From: Nitrospirota bacterium
Lineage (GTDB): Bacteria; Nitrospirota; UBA9217
DNA length: 64,000 nt
Reading direction: 5' to 3'
Assembly: GCA_963755045.1 (NCBI GenBank)
Contig: CAVWIL010000007.1
Coordinates: forward strand, 485,243 to 549,242
Part shown: piece by piece, positions 10,509 to 20,354 of the stretch
Layout: each line of letters starts with the position of its first letter
Numbering within the stretch: position 1 is the first letter of the stretch
Notes under the pieces: generated by a model
The model's input: only the letters and a program-made list of their open reading frames with translations
What the model was told of the DNA's origin: nothing
The model's database searches: none
Translations under genes and position numbers: made by a program

Positions 10509-10886
10509 TTAACTGCACCCGCAGCCGCCGGAGCCGCATCCCCCGCCGCTTTGTTTGGTCTCTTCGCCGCCGCAGCCGCAGCTCCCTCCGGACGGCGCAC
10601 CGTTCGGAAATCCGATCGCAAAGCCTTCGCCGCGCTCATCGCTGATGAAGCCAAGCTCCGCGCCTTCCAGCTTACTGGCAGTCGTGGCATCGACAAAAAC
10701 CCTGGCGCCGTTCTTCTCGACAACGGTGTCGCCGTCGCCTGTCTTATCATCGATCATGATCTCAAAAGACGGGCCGCAGCCGCATCCACCTCCGGCTGTT
10801 GCTACGCGCAATGCATGGTTGGGTACGCCTTCTGCCTTGAGTATTTCCTTTATCTTGTCCGCCGCAACTTCTGAAATGGTAATCAC
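10509..10886 (-). CDS. HesB/IscA-family iron-sulfur cluster insertion protein with Cys/Gly-rich C-terminal extension
   Basis: IscA core with GGGCGCGPSF and a SCGCG terminal motif. The extra tail is GGEETKQSGGGCGSGGCGCS. Confidence 0.75.
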   Translation of the reverse strand: MITISEVAADKIKEILKAEGVPNHALRVATAGGGCGCGPSFEIMIDDKTGDGDTVVEKNGARVFVDATTASKLEGAELGFISDERGEGFAIGFPNGAPSGGSCGCGGEETKQSGGGCGSGGCGCS

Positions 10887-10946
10887 CTTGTTCTCCTTAT
10901 TGATTATTTAATATCTTTGCCGCAGAGGTCAAAGAGTGACAAAACC

Positions 10947-12485
10947 TTATTTTTTCCTGAAAAACTCCACCATCGCATCGACGAGTGCCGGAATGGTATA
11001 TTCTTTCGGCATAATGTCTATCTTCATGCCGTATTCATTGGCGGTCTTTGCTGTTACCGGACCAATGCAGGCAACGGTCACACCCTCAATAAGTTTTATA
11101 TACCCTTTTTGACCGAGTATTTCAACAAAATTGTGCACGGTCGATGAGCTGGTAAAGGTCACTGCGGAGATCTTCTTCTCCTCAAGCAGTTTTTTGACCC
11201 GGTCCACATCCGATGTGGGCCGGACGTTCTCGTAAGCGGTCGCGACCGTCACCTCGGCACCCTGTTCCCTGAGCTTGTCCGGGATTATTTCACGTGCCAC
11301 CTTCGCCCGGGGGACCAGGAATTTCCGGCCCTTCACATTCACACCGCCGAGCGCGGCAACCACACCTTCCGCTTTGAACTCTGCGGGTATCAGGTCAGCC
11401 TTGAGTCCGTACTGCTCGAGCAGCTCCGCCGTCTTTGGACCGACCGTGCAGATGTTCACTCCCTTGAGCATGCGCAGGTCCTTCCCGAGTCCGCGAAGCC
11501 GGTCCATAAAATATTTGACCGCGTTCGCGCTCGTGAATATGATCCAGTGATATGTCTCGATCGCCTGGATGGCGCTGTCGAGCTCAGCCCAGCTCGCGGG
11601 AGGAACAACATCGATCGTCGGAAATTCAATGGTCGTTGCGCCGCGGTCGATGAGCATCTCGGCAAACACGCTTGCCTGATCGCGCGAACGCGTGATCACG
11701 ATCCGTTTTCCGAAAAGAGGCTTGGACTCGTACCAGTTCAGCTTTTCCCTGAGTTTCACCACCTCGCCGACGATGATGATGGCCGGCGGGCCGAGCCTGG
11801 CTTCTTTGACCCGGGGGATTATATCGTTCAGGGTTCCCGTTACTACTTTCTGGTCAGTGCGGGTACCCCACTGGACGACAGCTGTCGGCGTTTCCGGGTT
11901 TCTGCCGTGTGCAATAAGATTGTCAACGATATTCTGGATATTCTTCATGCCCATAAAGAACACCAGCGTGCCGATGCCGGTCGAGATCTTGTCCCAGTGC
12001 ACTTTGGATTCCGGTTTTGTAGGGTCTTCATGTCCGGTCACGAAGGCAACGCTTGCGGTAAAATCCCGATGGGTGAGCGGGATACCCGCATAGGTCGGCA
12101 CCGCGGTGGCAGCGGTCACGCCAGGTACGACTTCAAAGGGAATGCCGCTGTCAACCAGCTCCTCGGCCTCTTCCCCGCCCCTACCGAAGATGAAAGGATC
12201 GCCTCCTTTTAAACGGGCAATGAGCTTCCCTTCTTTCGCCTTCTTGACGATCAGGCTGTTGATCTCCTCCTGGGGCAGCGTGTGCCGGCCGCCTTGTTTG
12301 CCGACATAGATCAGCTCCGCATCAGGCCGCCGCTGATCGAGCAAACGCTCGTTAGCAAGATAGTCATAGATGATCACATCCGCCTTTTTCACGCACTCCA
12401 GGCCTTTGACCGTGATCAGACCCGGGTCACCCGGGCCGGCGCCGATAAGATATACTTTTCCGATTGATTGAGTCATGATTGCCAA
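10947..12485 (-). CDS. cobA: uroporphyrinogen-III C-methyltransferase / uroporphyrinogen-III synthase fusion protein
   Basis: N-terminal SUMT domain (VYLIGAGPGDPGLITVKG) plus C-terminal HemD domain. TTG at 12485 or ATG at 12476 could be the start. Confidence 0.9.
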   Translation of the reverse strand: MAIMTQSIGKVYLIGAGPGDPGLITVKGLECVKKADVIIYDYLANERLLDQRRPDAELIYVGKQGGRHTLPQEEINSLIVKKAKEGKLIARLKGGDPFIFGRGGEEAEELVDSGIPFEVVPGVTAATAVPTYAGIPLTHRDFTASVAFVTGHEDPTKPESKVHWDKISTGIGTLVFFMGMKNIQNIVDNLIAHGRNPETPTAVVQWGTRTDQKVVTGTLNDIIPRVKEARLGPPAIIIVGEVVKLREKLNWYESKPLFGKRIVITRSRDQASVFAEMLIDRGATTIEFPTIDVVPPASWAELDSAIQAIETYHWIIFTSANAVKYFMDRLRGLGKDLRMLKGVNICTVGPKTAELLEQYGLKADLIPAEFKAEGVVAALGGVNVKGRKFLVPRAKVAREIIPDKLREQGAEVTVATAYENVRPTSDVDRVKKLLEEKKISAVTFTSSSTVHNFVEILGQKGYIKLIEGVTVACIGPVTAKTANEYGMKIDIMPKEYTIPALVDAMVEFFRKK

Positions 12486-12595
12486 ATAAATTAACCGCGA
12501 AGACGCAAAGTACGCGAGGAAAATATCGGATTTTAAGAAGAAGAATCCACCCTTCGCGACCTTCGCGCCCTAGCGGTTCGAAGATTCAGGTTCTA

Positions 12596-13561
12596 TTACG
12601 AATTTTCCAAAAGGTTATTGCCGCTGAAGTCGGTCGTATTCCCGTACACTTCCCGAAGGATCACGTCCGCCCCCTGGGAGAGGAGCTTTTCCGCCAGGAC
12701 CACGCCAAGCTTCTCGGCCTTCTCCGGCTCTCCTTCAATGGAGTCCTTGACGATGCGCTTGCCGTCCACGCTGCCGACGAGACCGATAAGCATGAGCCTC
12801 CCGTTCTTCACCTGCCCATAGCAGGCGATGGGGACCTGGCAGCCTCCTTCAAGCCTTCTGAGGAGCGCCCGTTCGCCGGTAACGCAGGTGCGGCTGTCCG
12901 CATGGTTGAAGAACGCGATCATGTCATTGAGTTCCCGGTCATCCACCCGGCACTCAATGCCGAGCGCCCCCTGGCCGATGGCAGGCAGGCTGATCTCGGG
13001 TGAGAGGTATTCCGAGACATTCGCCTCAAGCCCGAGCCGCTTCACCCCTGCCGCGGCAAGGATGATGGCGTCGAACTTTCCTTCTTTCAATTTCTGCAGC
13101 CGCGTGCCCACATTGCCGCGCAGCTGATGGATCACAAAGTCCGGACGCAGGCTCATGAGCTGTGCCTGACGCCTCAAACTGCTCGTGCCCACATTCGCTC
13201 CCTTTGGCAGATCCTTGAACGCCACATTATTTCGCGAAAGCAGGGCGTCCCGCGCATCCTCCCGTTTCGTGATGCACGAAAGGTGGAGTCCGTCGGGGAA
13301 AAAGGTCGGCACGTCTTTCATGCTGTGCACGGCAATGTCGATCTCATTCTCCAGCATTGCCTCCTCGATCTCCTTGACGAACAACCCCTTGCCGCCGACC
13401 TTGGCGAGCGGCACATCAAGGATCTTGTCGCCGGTGGTCTTGATCTTCGTGAGCGTCACGGTCACGCCGGGATAGCGCTTCTCGAGCTCCGACTTAACCC
13501 ATTCCGCCTGCCAGAGCGCGAGTGCGCTGGCGCGTGTACCTATTCTGATCTGTTTTCGCAA
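12596..13561 (-). CDS. hemC: hydroxymethylbilane synthase (porphobilinogen deaminase)
   Basis: RIGTRASALALWQAEWV N-terminus and full-length HemC similarity. Confidence 0.9.
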   Translation of the reverse strand: MRKQIRIGTRASALALWQAEWVKSELEKRYPGVTVTLTKIKTTGDKILDVPLAKVGGKGLFVKEIEEAMLENEIDIAVHSMKDVPTFFPDGLHLSCITKREDARDALLSRNNVAFKDLPKGANVGTSSLRRQAQLMSLRPDFVIHQLRGNVGTRLQKLKEGKFDAIILAAAGVKRLGLEANVSEYLSPEISLPAIGQGALGIECRVDDRELNDMIAFFNHADSRTCVTGERALLRRLEGGCQVPIACYGQVKNGRLMLIGLVGSVDGKRIVKDSIEGEPEKAEKLGVVLAEKLLSQGADVILREVYGNTTDFSGNNLLENS

Positions 13562-13635
13562 TGAATGACTCCTTTGAATAACTCGTTCTAAAAATCAGTC
13601 CGGATCCGACCGATCCGACTGATCCGTCTGATTCA

Positions 13636-15000
13636 TCAGCAAATATTCTTTGATGTCTGGTGTTCCTGGTTCTGTTCGGAAGCTTCTTTATCCGGTGACG
13701 CTGCCCCCTTCGTGCGTTCCGGCCGCTTCAATTCCTTGTCCAGGTTGAACAATCTGCGCGCGATCGCGATGGTGGCGTCGCCCGTGTCAGGGGTTGACGC
13801 CGCCTGCTTCAGGACAACGAGGGGCGCGTGGAGCAGCTTGTTCACGATGGCTTGAGACATGGCATCCATCGCCCGCATCTGTTCGTCGGTGATGCCGTTC
13901 AATGAACCGATCGACTTCTCGAGTTCGCGTTTCCGGATGTCTTCCACTTTTTCCCGAAGGTCCACGATGGTCGGTACGGCATCAAGGGCGCGTTCCCACT
14001 GAAGGTACGTCTCAACCTCCAGGGTGATGAGTTCTTCGGCCTTTTCCGCTTCTTTTGCCCTGCCCCCGGTGTTCACGTCAACCTTGCTCTGAAGATCATC
14101 GATGTCATAAAGATAGACGTTGTCGACCTTGTCGACCTCGGGGTCGATGTTCCTCGGATTCGAAATGTCGATCATGAAGATCGGCTTATTGCGCCGTTCT
14201 TTGAGCGCCCGGCTGACCATGTCCCGGTTGACGACATACTGCGGCGCCCCGGTCGCACAGATGAGGATGTCCACCATAAGCAGGGCGTCCGGGAAATGTT
14301 CGAAACGGATGGCGTCGCCTTTGAACTCCTTGGCGAGCTCTTCAGCGCGTTCAAAGGTGCGGTTGGCCACCATGATATTCTTCACGCCATTGCCCAGGAG
14401 GTGCTGGGCGGCAAGCTCAGCCATCTCACCGGCGCCAAGGAGCATGACGTTCTTGCCCGCCAGTTCGCCAAAGATCTTCTTTGCCAATTCAACCGCTGCG
14501 GTGCTTATGGACACCGCTCCTTCGGCAAGTTTGGTCTCGGTGCGAACCCGTTTCGCAACGGAAATCGCCTTCTTGATCAGTTTATTGAGAATGGTGCTCG
14601 TGGTTTTGGCCTTGAGGGCGATGTCGAAGGCCTCCTTGAGCTGTCCCAGTATCTGCGCCTCGCCCAGCACCATGGAGTCGAGACTTGATGCAACGCGGAA
14701 TGTATGGCGAACGCCCTGGGCCTCGGGATACACATAGAGGGACTGCTCCAGGGCCTCACGGGAGAGTCCATGGTAATCGGAGATGAACTGTTTGATCCGT
14801 TCGATGCCGGACATGCTGTCCTGCACCGACGCGTATATCTCCACCCGGTTGCAGGTGGACAGGATAAGGCCCTCCCGGATCCCCTCGTAGTTCACCAGTT
14901 TCTTGAGCGCTTCAGGTACAGTCGCTTCAGGAAAGTTGAGCTTCTCGCGGACCTCGATAGGCGCTGTTTTATGACTGAGACCAACTACTATGATACTCAT
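13636..15000 (-). CDS. hemA: glutamyl-tRNA reductase
   Basis: MSIIVVGLSHKTAPIEVREK and CNRVEIY motifs. Full-length HemA. Confidence 0.9.
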   Translation of the reverse strand: MSIIVVGLSHKTAPIEVREKLNFPEATVPEALKKLVNYEGIREGLILSTCNRVEIYASVQDSMSGIERIKQFISDYHGLSREALEQSLYVYPEAQGVRHTFRVASSLDSMVLGEAQILGQLKEAFDIALKAKTTSTILNKLIKKAISVAKRVRTETKLAEGAVSISTAAVELAKKIFGELAGKNVMLLGAGEMAELAAQHLLGNGVKNIMVANRTFERAEELAKEFKGDAIRFEHFPDALLMVDILICATGAPQYVVNRDMVSRALKERRNKPIFMIDISNPRNIDPEVDKVDNVYLYDIDDLQSKVDVNTGGRAKEAEKAEELITLEVETYLQWERALDAVPTIVDLREKVEDIRKRELEKSIGSLNGITDEQMRAMDAMSQAIVNKLLHAPLVVLKQAASTPDTGDATIAIARRLFNLDKELKRPERTKGAASPDKEASEQNQEHQTSKNIC

Positions 15001-15038
15001 TCCGCTTTCACCTGACCCGGACTAGCCGGAACCAACTT

Positions 15039-15125
15039 TACCACGAAGACACGAAGGCTCGAAGAAATGCGTGATATATTTTAATAAAGTTAATGCCTAC
15101 TTTGTGTCTTGGTGCCTTCGTGGTA
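15039..15125. promoter_or_regulatory. long imperfect inverted repeat (about 20-bp arms) enclosing an AT-rich spacer with a TATA-like box, in the ccsA-hemA intergenic region
   Basis: TACCACGAAGACACGAAGGC ... (GATATATTTTAATAAAG) ... GTGTCTTGGTGCCTTCGTGGTA, seen directly in sequence. Confidence 0.3.
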
Positions 15126-15162
15126 GAACTATGTTCATTCCTTCTGTTGTTTATATTTTTTA

Positions 15163-15975
15163 CTAAAAGCTATGCTTTCCTATCCCTAAACGGCTTACCA
15201 CAAAAAAACTGACCAGGACAAAGAAAAATCCGACGATCGAAAGATAGGCCATTTTTCTCCCCCGCCATCCGATGGTGCGAAGATGCAGGAGCACCAGATA
15301 AACAACCCACGTAATAAGCGACCACGTCTCTTTGGGGTCCCAGCTCCAGTAGGTGCCCCATGCGCTGTTCGCCCAGATAGATCCGGAAAGCATGCCGAGT
15401 GTAAAGAGGGGCCAGCCTATGGTAAGCGCTTTGTACCCCAGCGTGTCCATGATATCAAGGGACGGCAACCGATGAAAGATCGCGCCCAGATTCTTGGCCT
15501 TGAGCTGGCGCTCCTGGATCAGATACATGATCGAAACGATGAAGGCGAAGGCAAAGGCAGAGTCTCCAAGAACCGTCAGGCTCGTATGCACGCCGAGCCA
15601 GCCGCTCTTGAGCACGGGGTTGAGTTCTTTGATCTCGCCGGAGAGGATGAGTGCAGGTGCCATGAGAACGATCACGAGCGGAAGCATGAACGAGCCGAGC
15701 GCCGGGATCTTGAAGCGGAATTCCATGATAAGAAAAACGAGCACGATGCCCATGCCGAGAAAATTCGCTGCCTCGAAAAAGCTCGTTATCGGGACGCGAC
15801 CTGATTCGATCCACCTGAAGAAAAAATAGGCTATTTGGAACAGGAACCCCGAGAAGGTAACCCAGAGCGATGCCGAAGAAGTCCACTTCCGCTCCGGCTT
15901 TAAGATATAGGTAATGTACCCTGCTGTTGCGAGCAGGTATAAACCCATTGCTATTTGAAAAAACAAGAGATTCAT
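15163..15975 (-). CDS. ccsA: cytochrome c-type biogenesis protein, CcsA/ResC (HemX-like) family, first gene of heme operon
   Basis: Polytopic membrane protein with a W-rich heme-handling motif WGTYWSWDPKETWSLITW. Confidence 0.8.
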   Translation of the reverse strand: MNLLFFQIAMGLYLLATAGYITYILKPERKWTSSASLWVTFSGFLFQIAYFFFRWIESGRVPITSFFEAANFLGMGIVLVFLIMEFRFKIPALGSFMLPLVIVLMAPALILSGEIKELNPVLKSGWLGVHTSLTVLGDSAFAFAFIVSIMYLIQERQLKAKNLGAIFHRLPSLDIMDTLGYKALTIGWPLFTLGMLSGSIWANSAWGTYWSWDPKETWSLITWVVYLVLLHLRTIGWRGRKMAYLSIVGFFFVLVSFFVVSRLGIGKHSF

Positions 15976-16253
15976 AAGGCGGTTTCCTGTAATGGTCTGA
16001 AGGACAACGGTTAATATTACTTTTTACGGCCTCTCTAAGTCAAGGGAAAAACAGGCAATGCGAGATACGACATTGTAAAATGCGAAAGTAACCAATGAGA
16101 GAAATAAACACTACGGGTGATGATCATAATTTTCTATTGATGCATTCTGAATAAATCGTCATACCCGCGACAGCGAGTATCCAGGACCAAGGTCAATGTT
16201 TTGAAAGCCTGGATTCCCGTTTTCACGGGAATGACTGAAATTGTTATCCTTCT

Positions 16254-16937
16254 TCATGCCTCCGGCATGAGCTTTCCCTCAGCCATCCTGAGCACCCGGT
16301 CAGCGCGGACCGCAAGTTTGTCGTTATGCGTCACGATCACGAAGGTTATGCCCTGTTGTTTGTTGATCCCGAGGAGGAGATCGTGGACCGATTCGCCTGT
16401 ATGCATATCAAGATTGCCGGTCGGTTCATCGGCAAGTACGACATCCGGTTTCAGCATCAATGCCCGCGCGACCGCGACACGCTGCTGTTCTCCGCCCGAG
16501 AGCTCTCCGGGCCGGTGATGGAGCCGCGCTCCGAGCCCGACATCGGACAGAATTCTCCCGGCCGCCGCAGCCGCATCTTCACGGTCCATCCTACGGATGA
16601 GCGCGGGGAGCATGACGTTCTCGATCGCTGTAAATTCAGGCAACAGATGGTGGAACTGGAACACGAACCCCACCCGCTCGTTGCGAAAACGCGAGAGCCG
16701 TCCATTATCGAGGCCGAAAACATCGATATCTCCGTAATAGACCTTGCCGGACGTCGGCCGGTCAAGTGCGCCCAGGATGTGGAGGAACGTGCTCTTCCCG
16801 ACACCCGATGCACCGACAACGGCGAGCATCTCTCCTGCCCGGATGTCGAGATCGATCCCGTCAAGGACGGGGAGCTCCACGGGACCGCTCAGGAACGTCT
16901 TGCGGAGCTGCTCAATATGGATAAGCGTGCGTGTTAT
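16254..16937 (-). CDS. lolD: lipoprotein-releasing system ATP-binding protein LolD; apparent non-canonical ATA start
   Basis: Walker A GASGVGKST, LSGGEQQRVAVARAL, Walker B. The conserved N-terminus (M)TRTLIHIEQLRKTFLSGPVE is in frame upstream of the first GTG (16880). The only codon after the GGGAG RBS is ATA (16935-16937). Confidence 0.8.
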   Translation of the reverse strand: MTRTLIHIEQLRKTFLSGPVELPVLDGIDLDIRAGEMLAVVGASGVGKSTFLHILGALDRPTSGKVYYGDIDVFGLDNGRLSRFRNERVGFVFQFHHLLPEFTAIENVMLPALIRRMDREDAAAAAGRILSDVGLGARLHHRPGELSGGEQQRVAVARALMLKPDVVLADEPTGNLDMHTGESVHDLLLGINKQQGITFVIVTHNDKLAVRADRVLRMAEGKLMPEA

Positions 16938-17206
16938 TACTTTTCTCCCGACGTTATAGCATCTTTCACTTTTTCAGCTTTCTTTTCGACTTTCTCTCCG
17001 GTCGACGTTACGGCTTCTTTTACCTTCTCCGCTTTCTTTTCGACCGACTTTGCGCCTTCCTCTATCTGTCCCTTGATGTTTTCCGCCTTGGTGCCTGCTG
17101 ATTTAAGCAGGTTACCGCCGCCCAGAAGAACAAATGCGACTGCGGCCAAAACCAGAAACACGATGATTAACAGGATCCTCTTCAATTTTCCGACTATTGG
17201 TGCCAT
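16937..17206 (-). CDS. small membrane-anchored protein with lysine-rich KxE repeats (YtxH/DUF948-like)
   Basis: ATG at 17206, 5 nt after an AAGGAGG RBS. N-terminal TM helix, then KKAEKVKEAV / KKAEKVKDAI repeats. Sits between lolC(E) and lolD. Confidence 0.5.
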   Translation of the reverse strand: MAPIVGKLKRILLIIVFLVLAAVAFVLLGGGNLLKSAGTKAENIKGQIEEGAKSVEKKAEKVKEAVTSTGEKVEKKAEKVKDAITSGEK

Positions 17207-17338
17207 GGAAACCTCCTTATAATTATGCGACGGACGCCGATGCTGCATGATGGACGATGGACGATCGCTTCGCTAGGACGACGGACGTAAAAGCTTTTGC
17301 GTCTATCGTCTCTCGTCTATCGTCCCTCATGACTCGAT

Positions 17339-18574
17339 TTATTCATATCTCAGCACTTCCACGGGATCCTGTTTTGCCGCCTGCCACGACGGATAGAGCG
17401 TGGCGATAAAGCTGATGCCGAGCGCGGTGAGCGTTATCGCAAGCATATCGAGGCCCGAGATCGAGAGCGGCAGGTGGCTTACCTGATACACGTCTTTCGG
17501 CAGCGATATGATGTCCGTCCTGGTGATGAGCGTCACGGCCCCGTAGCCGAGGATCGCTCCGATAATTGTTCCCACGAAACCGATAGCGAGTCCCGCGAAC
17601 ATGAATATCTTCATAATGCTCTGCGCCGGCGAACCCATGGACTTCAGGATGGCGATCTCCCTGCTCTTTTCCATAACGATCATCGTGAGGGTCCCGACGA
17701 TATTGAACGACGCCACAATGATGATGACGACAAGGATAAGCGACATGCCGATCTTTTCAAGCAGCAGGGCCGAAAAGAAGTTCTTGTTCATCTCCATCCA
17801 GTTGCGCGTGTAAAATGGATATCCAACAGACGCCTGGATCGACGAAGCGATCGCGCCGGCCTGGTAGATATCGTCCACCCGCACCTGCACTCCGCTCACG
17901 CGGCCGGGCATCTCGAAAAACTTCTGGGCCTCGGGCAGCGATATATAGACGAACCCCGTATTGTAATCATACATCCCGGCATCGAACAGGCCTGCGAGCA
18001 CGAACTTCCTCATTTTGGGTATCATGCCCATGGACGTTTCTTCACCGAGCGGGTTCACCATCGTGATCGTCTCTCCGACCGACACGCCGAGTTTTCTGGC
18101 AAGGTCTTCGCCGACGATGATGCGGGGCGGCTTCCCCTCCGCGCCTTCAAGGTCCGCGAGGCCGCCGACGGTCATGTTCTTCGCGAGGTCGGTCACCCTG
18201 CCCTCGTTTTTGGGGTCGATGCCCCGCACAACCACGCCCTGCATGCGGTCTCTGGTCGTCAGCATCGACTGACCATAGATGAATGGCGTCGTAGCCGTGA
18301 CATGAGCGACCTGTTCCACCTTCTTTTGAAGGTCGTTCTGGTCCTTGACGCCGGTGCCGGTGTACTCCATCACGACAATGTGCGGCATGGCCGACAGGAT
18401 CTTGTCTCGAAAATAACCCTGGAAACCCGTCATGACCGCAAGGGTGATAATGGAGGTGGTCACCCCGATGACCACGCCGGCGATGGAGATGAACGTATTG
18501 AGCGAGATAGTGCCGTAGCGCTTCTTGGTCCTCAGATAGCGGAGGCTGATGAATATTTCGTAGGGGAGTTTCAT
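17339..18574 (-). CDS. lolC: lipoprotein-releasing system permease (FtsX-like LolC/LolE family)
   Basis: LRYLRTKK N-terminus, four TM helices, large periplasmic domain. Adjacent to lolD. Confidence 0.85.
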   Translation of the reverse strand: MKLPYEIFISLRYLRTKKRYGTISLNTFISIAGVVIGVTTSIITLAVMTGFQGYFRDKILSAMPHIVVMEYTGTGVKDQNDLQKKVEQVAHVTATTPFIYGQSMLTTRDRMQGVVVRGIDPKNEGRVTDLAKNMTVGGLADLEGAEGKPPRIIVGEDLARKLGVSVGETITMVNPLGEETSMGMIPKMRKFVLAGLFDAGMYDYNTGFVYISLPEAQKFFEMPGRVSGVQVRVDDIYQAGAIASSIQASVGYPFYTRNWMEMNKNFFSALLLEKIGMSLILVVIIIVASFNIVGTLTMIVMEKSREIAILKSMGSPAQSIMKIFMFAGLAIGFVGTIIGAILGYGAVTLITRTDIISLPKDVYQVSHLPLSISGLDMLAITLTALGISFIATLYPSWQAAKQDPVEVLRYE

Positions 18575-18653
18575 ATATGAATTAGTCTCAGAGTCTCAGG
18601 TTTGAGTCTACGATGTTAGGATTCTCAGTTTCGGGTTCACATTGACTTGAGAC

Positions 18654-20160
18654 TCAGCAACTCGCAAACTCGATTAATTTACTCTTCTCCTTCTTCATCT
18701 GCGGGAACAGGATGACGTCACGGATGGAGCTGGCTCCCGTAAGGAGCATCACCAGGCGGTCGATGCCGATCCCCTCTCCGGCGGCCGGGGGCATGCCGTA
18801 CTCGAGTGCGCGTATGAAGTCTTCGTCCATCTGGTGGGCCTCTTCGTCCCCTGCCTCGCCTTCCGAAACCTGCTTAAGGAACCGCTCTTTCTGGTCCACC
18901 GGGTCGTTCAACTCGGAGAAGGCGTTCGCCAGTTCCCTCCCGACAACGAACAGCTCGAACCGCTCAACAAAATTCGGATTGTCGTCACATTTCTTCGACA
19001 GCGGCGATATGTCCGTCGGGTAGTCGGTAATAAAAGTGGGTTGAATAAGCTTGGGCTCGACAAGCGCCTCGAAGATCTCATTCAGTACCTTTCCCAAAGG
19101 TTCTCCGCCCGTAAGGTGCGCGCCGAGTTTTTTCGCATACTCCCGGGCCTTCACACCATCGGTCAGGACCTCGTCGGATACGCCTGCTTCGCGAAGCGCG
19201 TCGAGGTAGGTTGATCCGCTTCCAGGGCGGCGAAAGATTGATCAGGTGTCCCTCATATTCCACTTCGGTCTTGCCGAGGACATCCTGTGCTATGCTGCTG
19301 ATCATCTGCTCGGTCATGTCCATGAGGACGCGGTAATCAGCATAAGCCGTATAGAATTCGAGCATGGTGAACTCGGGATTATGGCGCGTGGAGATGCCTT
19401 CATTCCTGAAATTGCGGTTGATCTCGTAGACCCTTTCAAAACCGCCCACGAGGAGCCGCTTAAGGTACAGCTCCGGCGCGATGCGCAGGAAAAGGTCCAT
19501 GTCCAGGGCGTTATGGTGGGTCTTGAACGGCTTTGCCGTCGCCCCGCCTGGAATGGACTGCATCATCGGCGTCTCGACCTCGATGTACCCGCGTTCGTTC
19601 AGAAAGCCCCTGATCGCCTGGACGATCTTCGTGCGGAGCAGAAAAACCTTTCTGACATCCGGATTCACGATCAGGTCCAGATACCGCTGTCGGTAGCGGA
19701 GCTCGACATCCGTCAAGCCGTGCCATTTTTCGGGCAATGGGCGGAGCGATTTTGAGAGGAGCGTAAATTCCTCGATGTCGATCGTAAGTTCATTGGTCTT
19801 GGTACGGAACAGAAAACCCTTCACGCCCATGAAGTCGCCGATGTCGAGCTTTTTAAAGAAAGCGTATTTGTCCTCGCCAAGCGTGTTTTTCTGGAAATAG
19901 AACTGGATCCTTCCCGATCCGTCCTGGAGATGGCCGAAACCCGCCTTGCCGAAGCTCCTCATGGCAACGATACGTCCGGCAACAACGATATCAACCCGCG
20001 TTTTTTCAAGGTCTTCCTTGCTCGTTTGTCCATACTGGTCGATAAGGCCCTGTGCGGAAACAGACACGTCGAACCTTCCCGCATACGGACGAATGCCCAT
20101 CGCGCTGATCTCTTCACGCTTCTTAAAGCGCTGCTGGATCAACTCGTTGTGATCTTCCAT
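18654..20160 (-). pseudogene. lysS: lysine--tRNA ligase (class II), interrupted by a +1 frameshift near 19205-19215
   Basis: ORF 19078..20160 matches LysS until [12 protein letters not shown] and then goes out of frame. ORF 18654..19154 carries the C-terminal part. Removing one base in CGGATCAACCTAC restores ...[13 protein letters not shown]... Lys-RS is essential, so a sequencing error is likely. Confidence 0.85.
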
Positions 20161-20354
20161 GAAAATCCCCTTTACCGTGATGATAAACTCAATCGCCGAT
20201 TATACTGATTATATGCGGAATCGTCAAGGATAAACAAGCTTCATGAGCAGATTTGATGAGGAATTCCGCTCGCCGCAGGCCTCCTGATGTCCAGAATGGA
20301 AATCGTGCTAAAATTAAAGCAAAGAGTTATGTGCTATAAGACGGAGGCTTAAAA

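Noticed and set aside
16211-16234. Hairpin ATTCCCG-TTTTCA-CGGGAAT downstream of lolD as an intrinsic terminator
   Set aside because: The 7-bp stem is present but no U-tract follows on the lolD strand, so only a weak structure is supported. It was not called as a feature.
17474-18580. 368-aa plus-strand ORF antisense to lolC(E). Similar antisense ORFs occur opposite ccsA (15283..15804), cobA (11547..12212), pilR (54829..55974), pilT (59354..60412) and pilB (60300..61289)
   Set aside because: GC-rich coding regions give long spurious antisense ORFs. In each case the opposite-strand gene has strong family matches.
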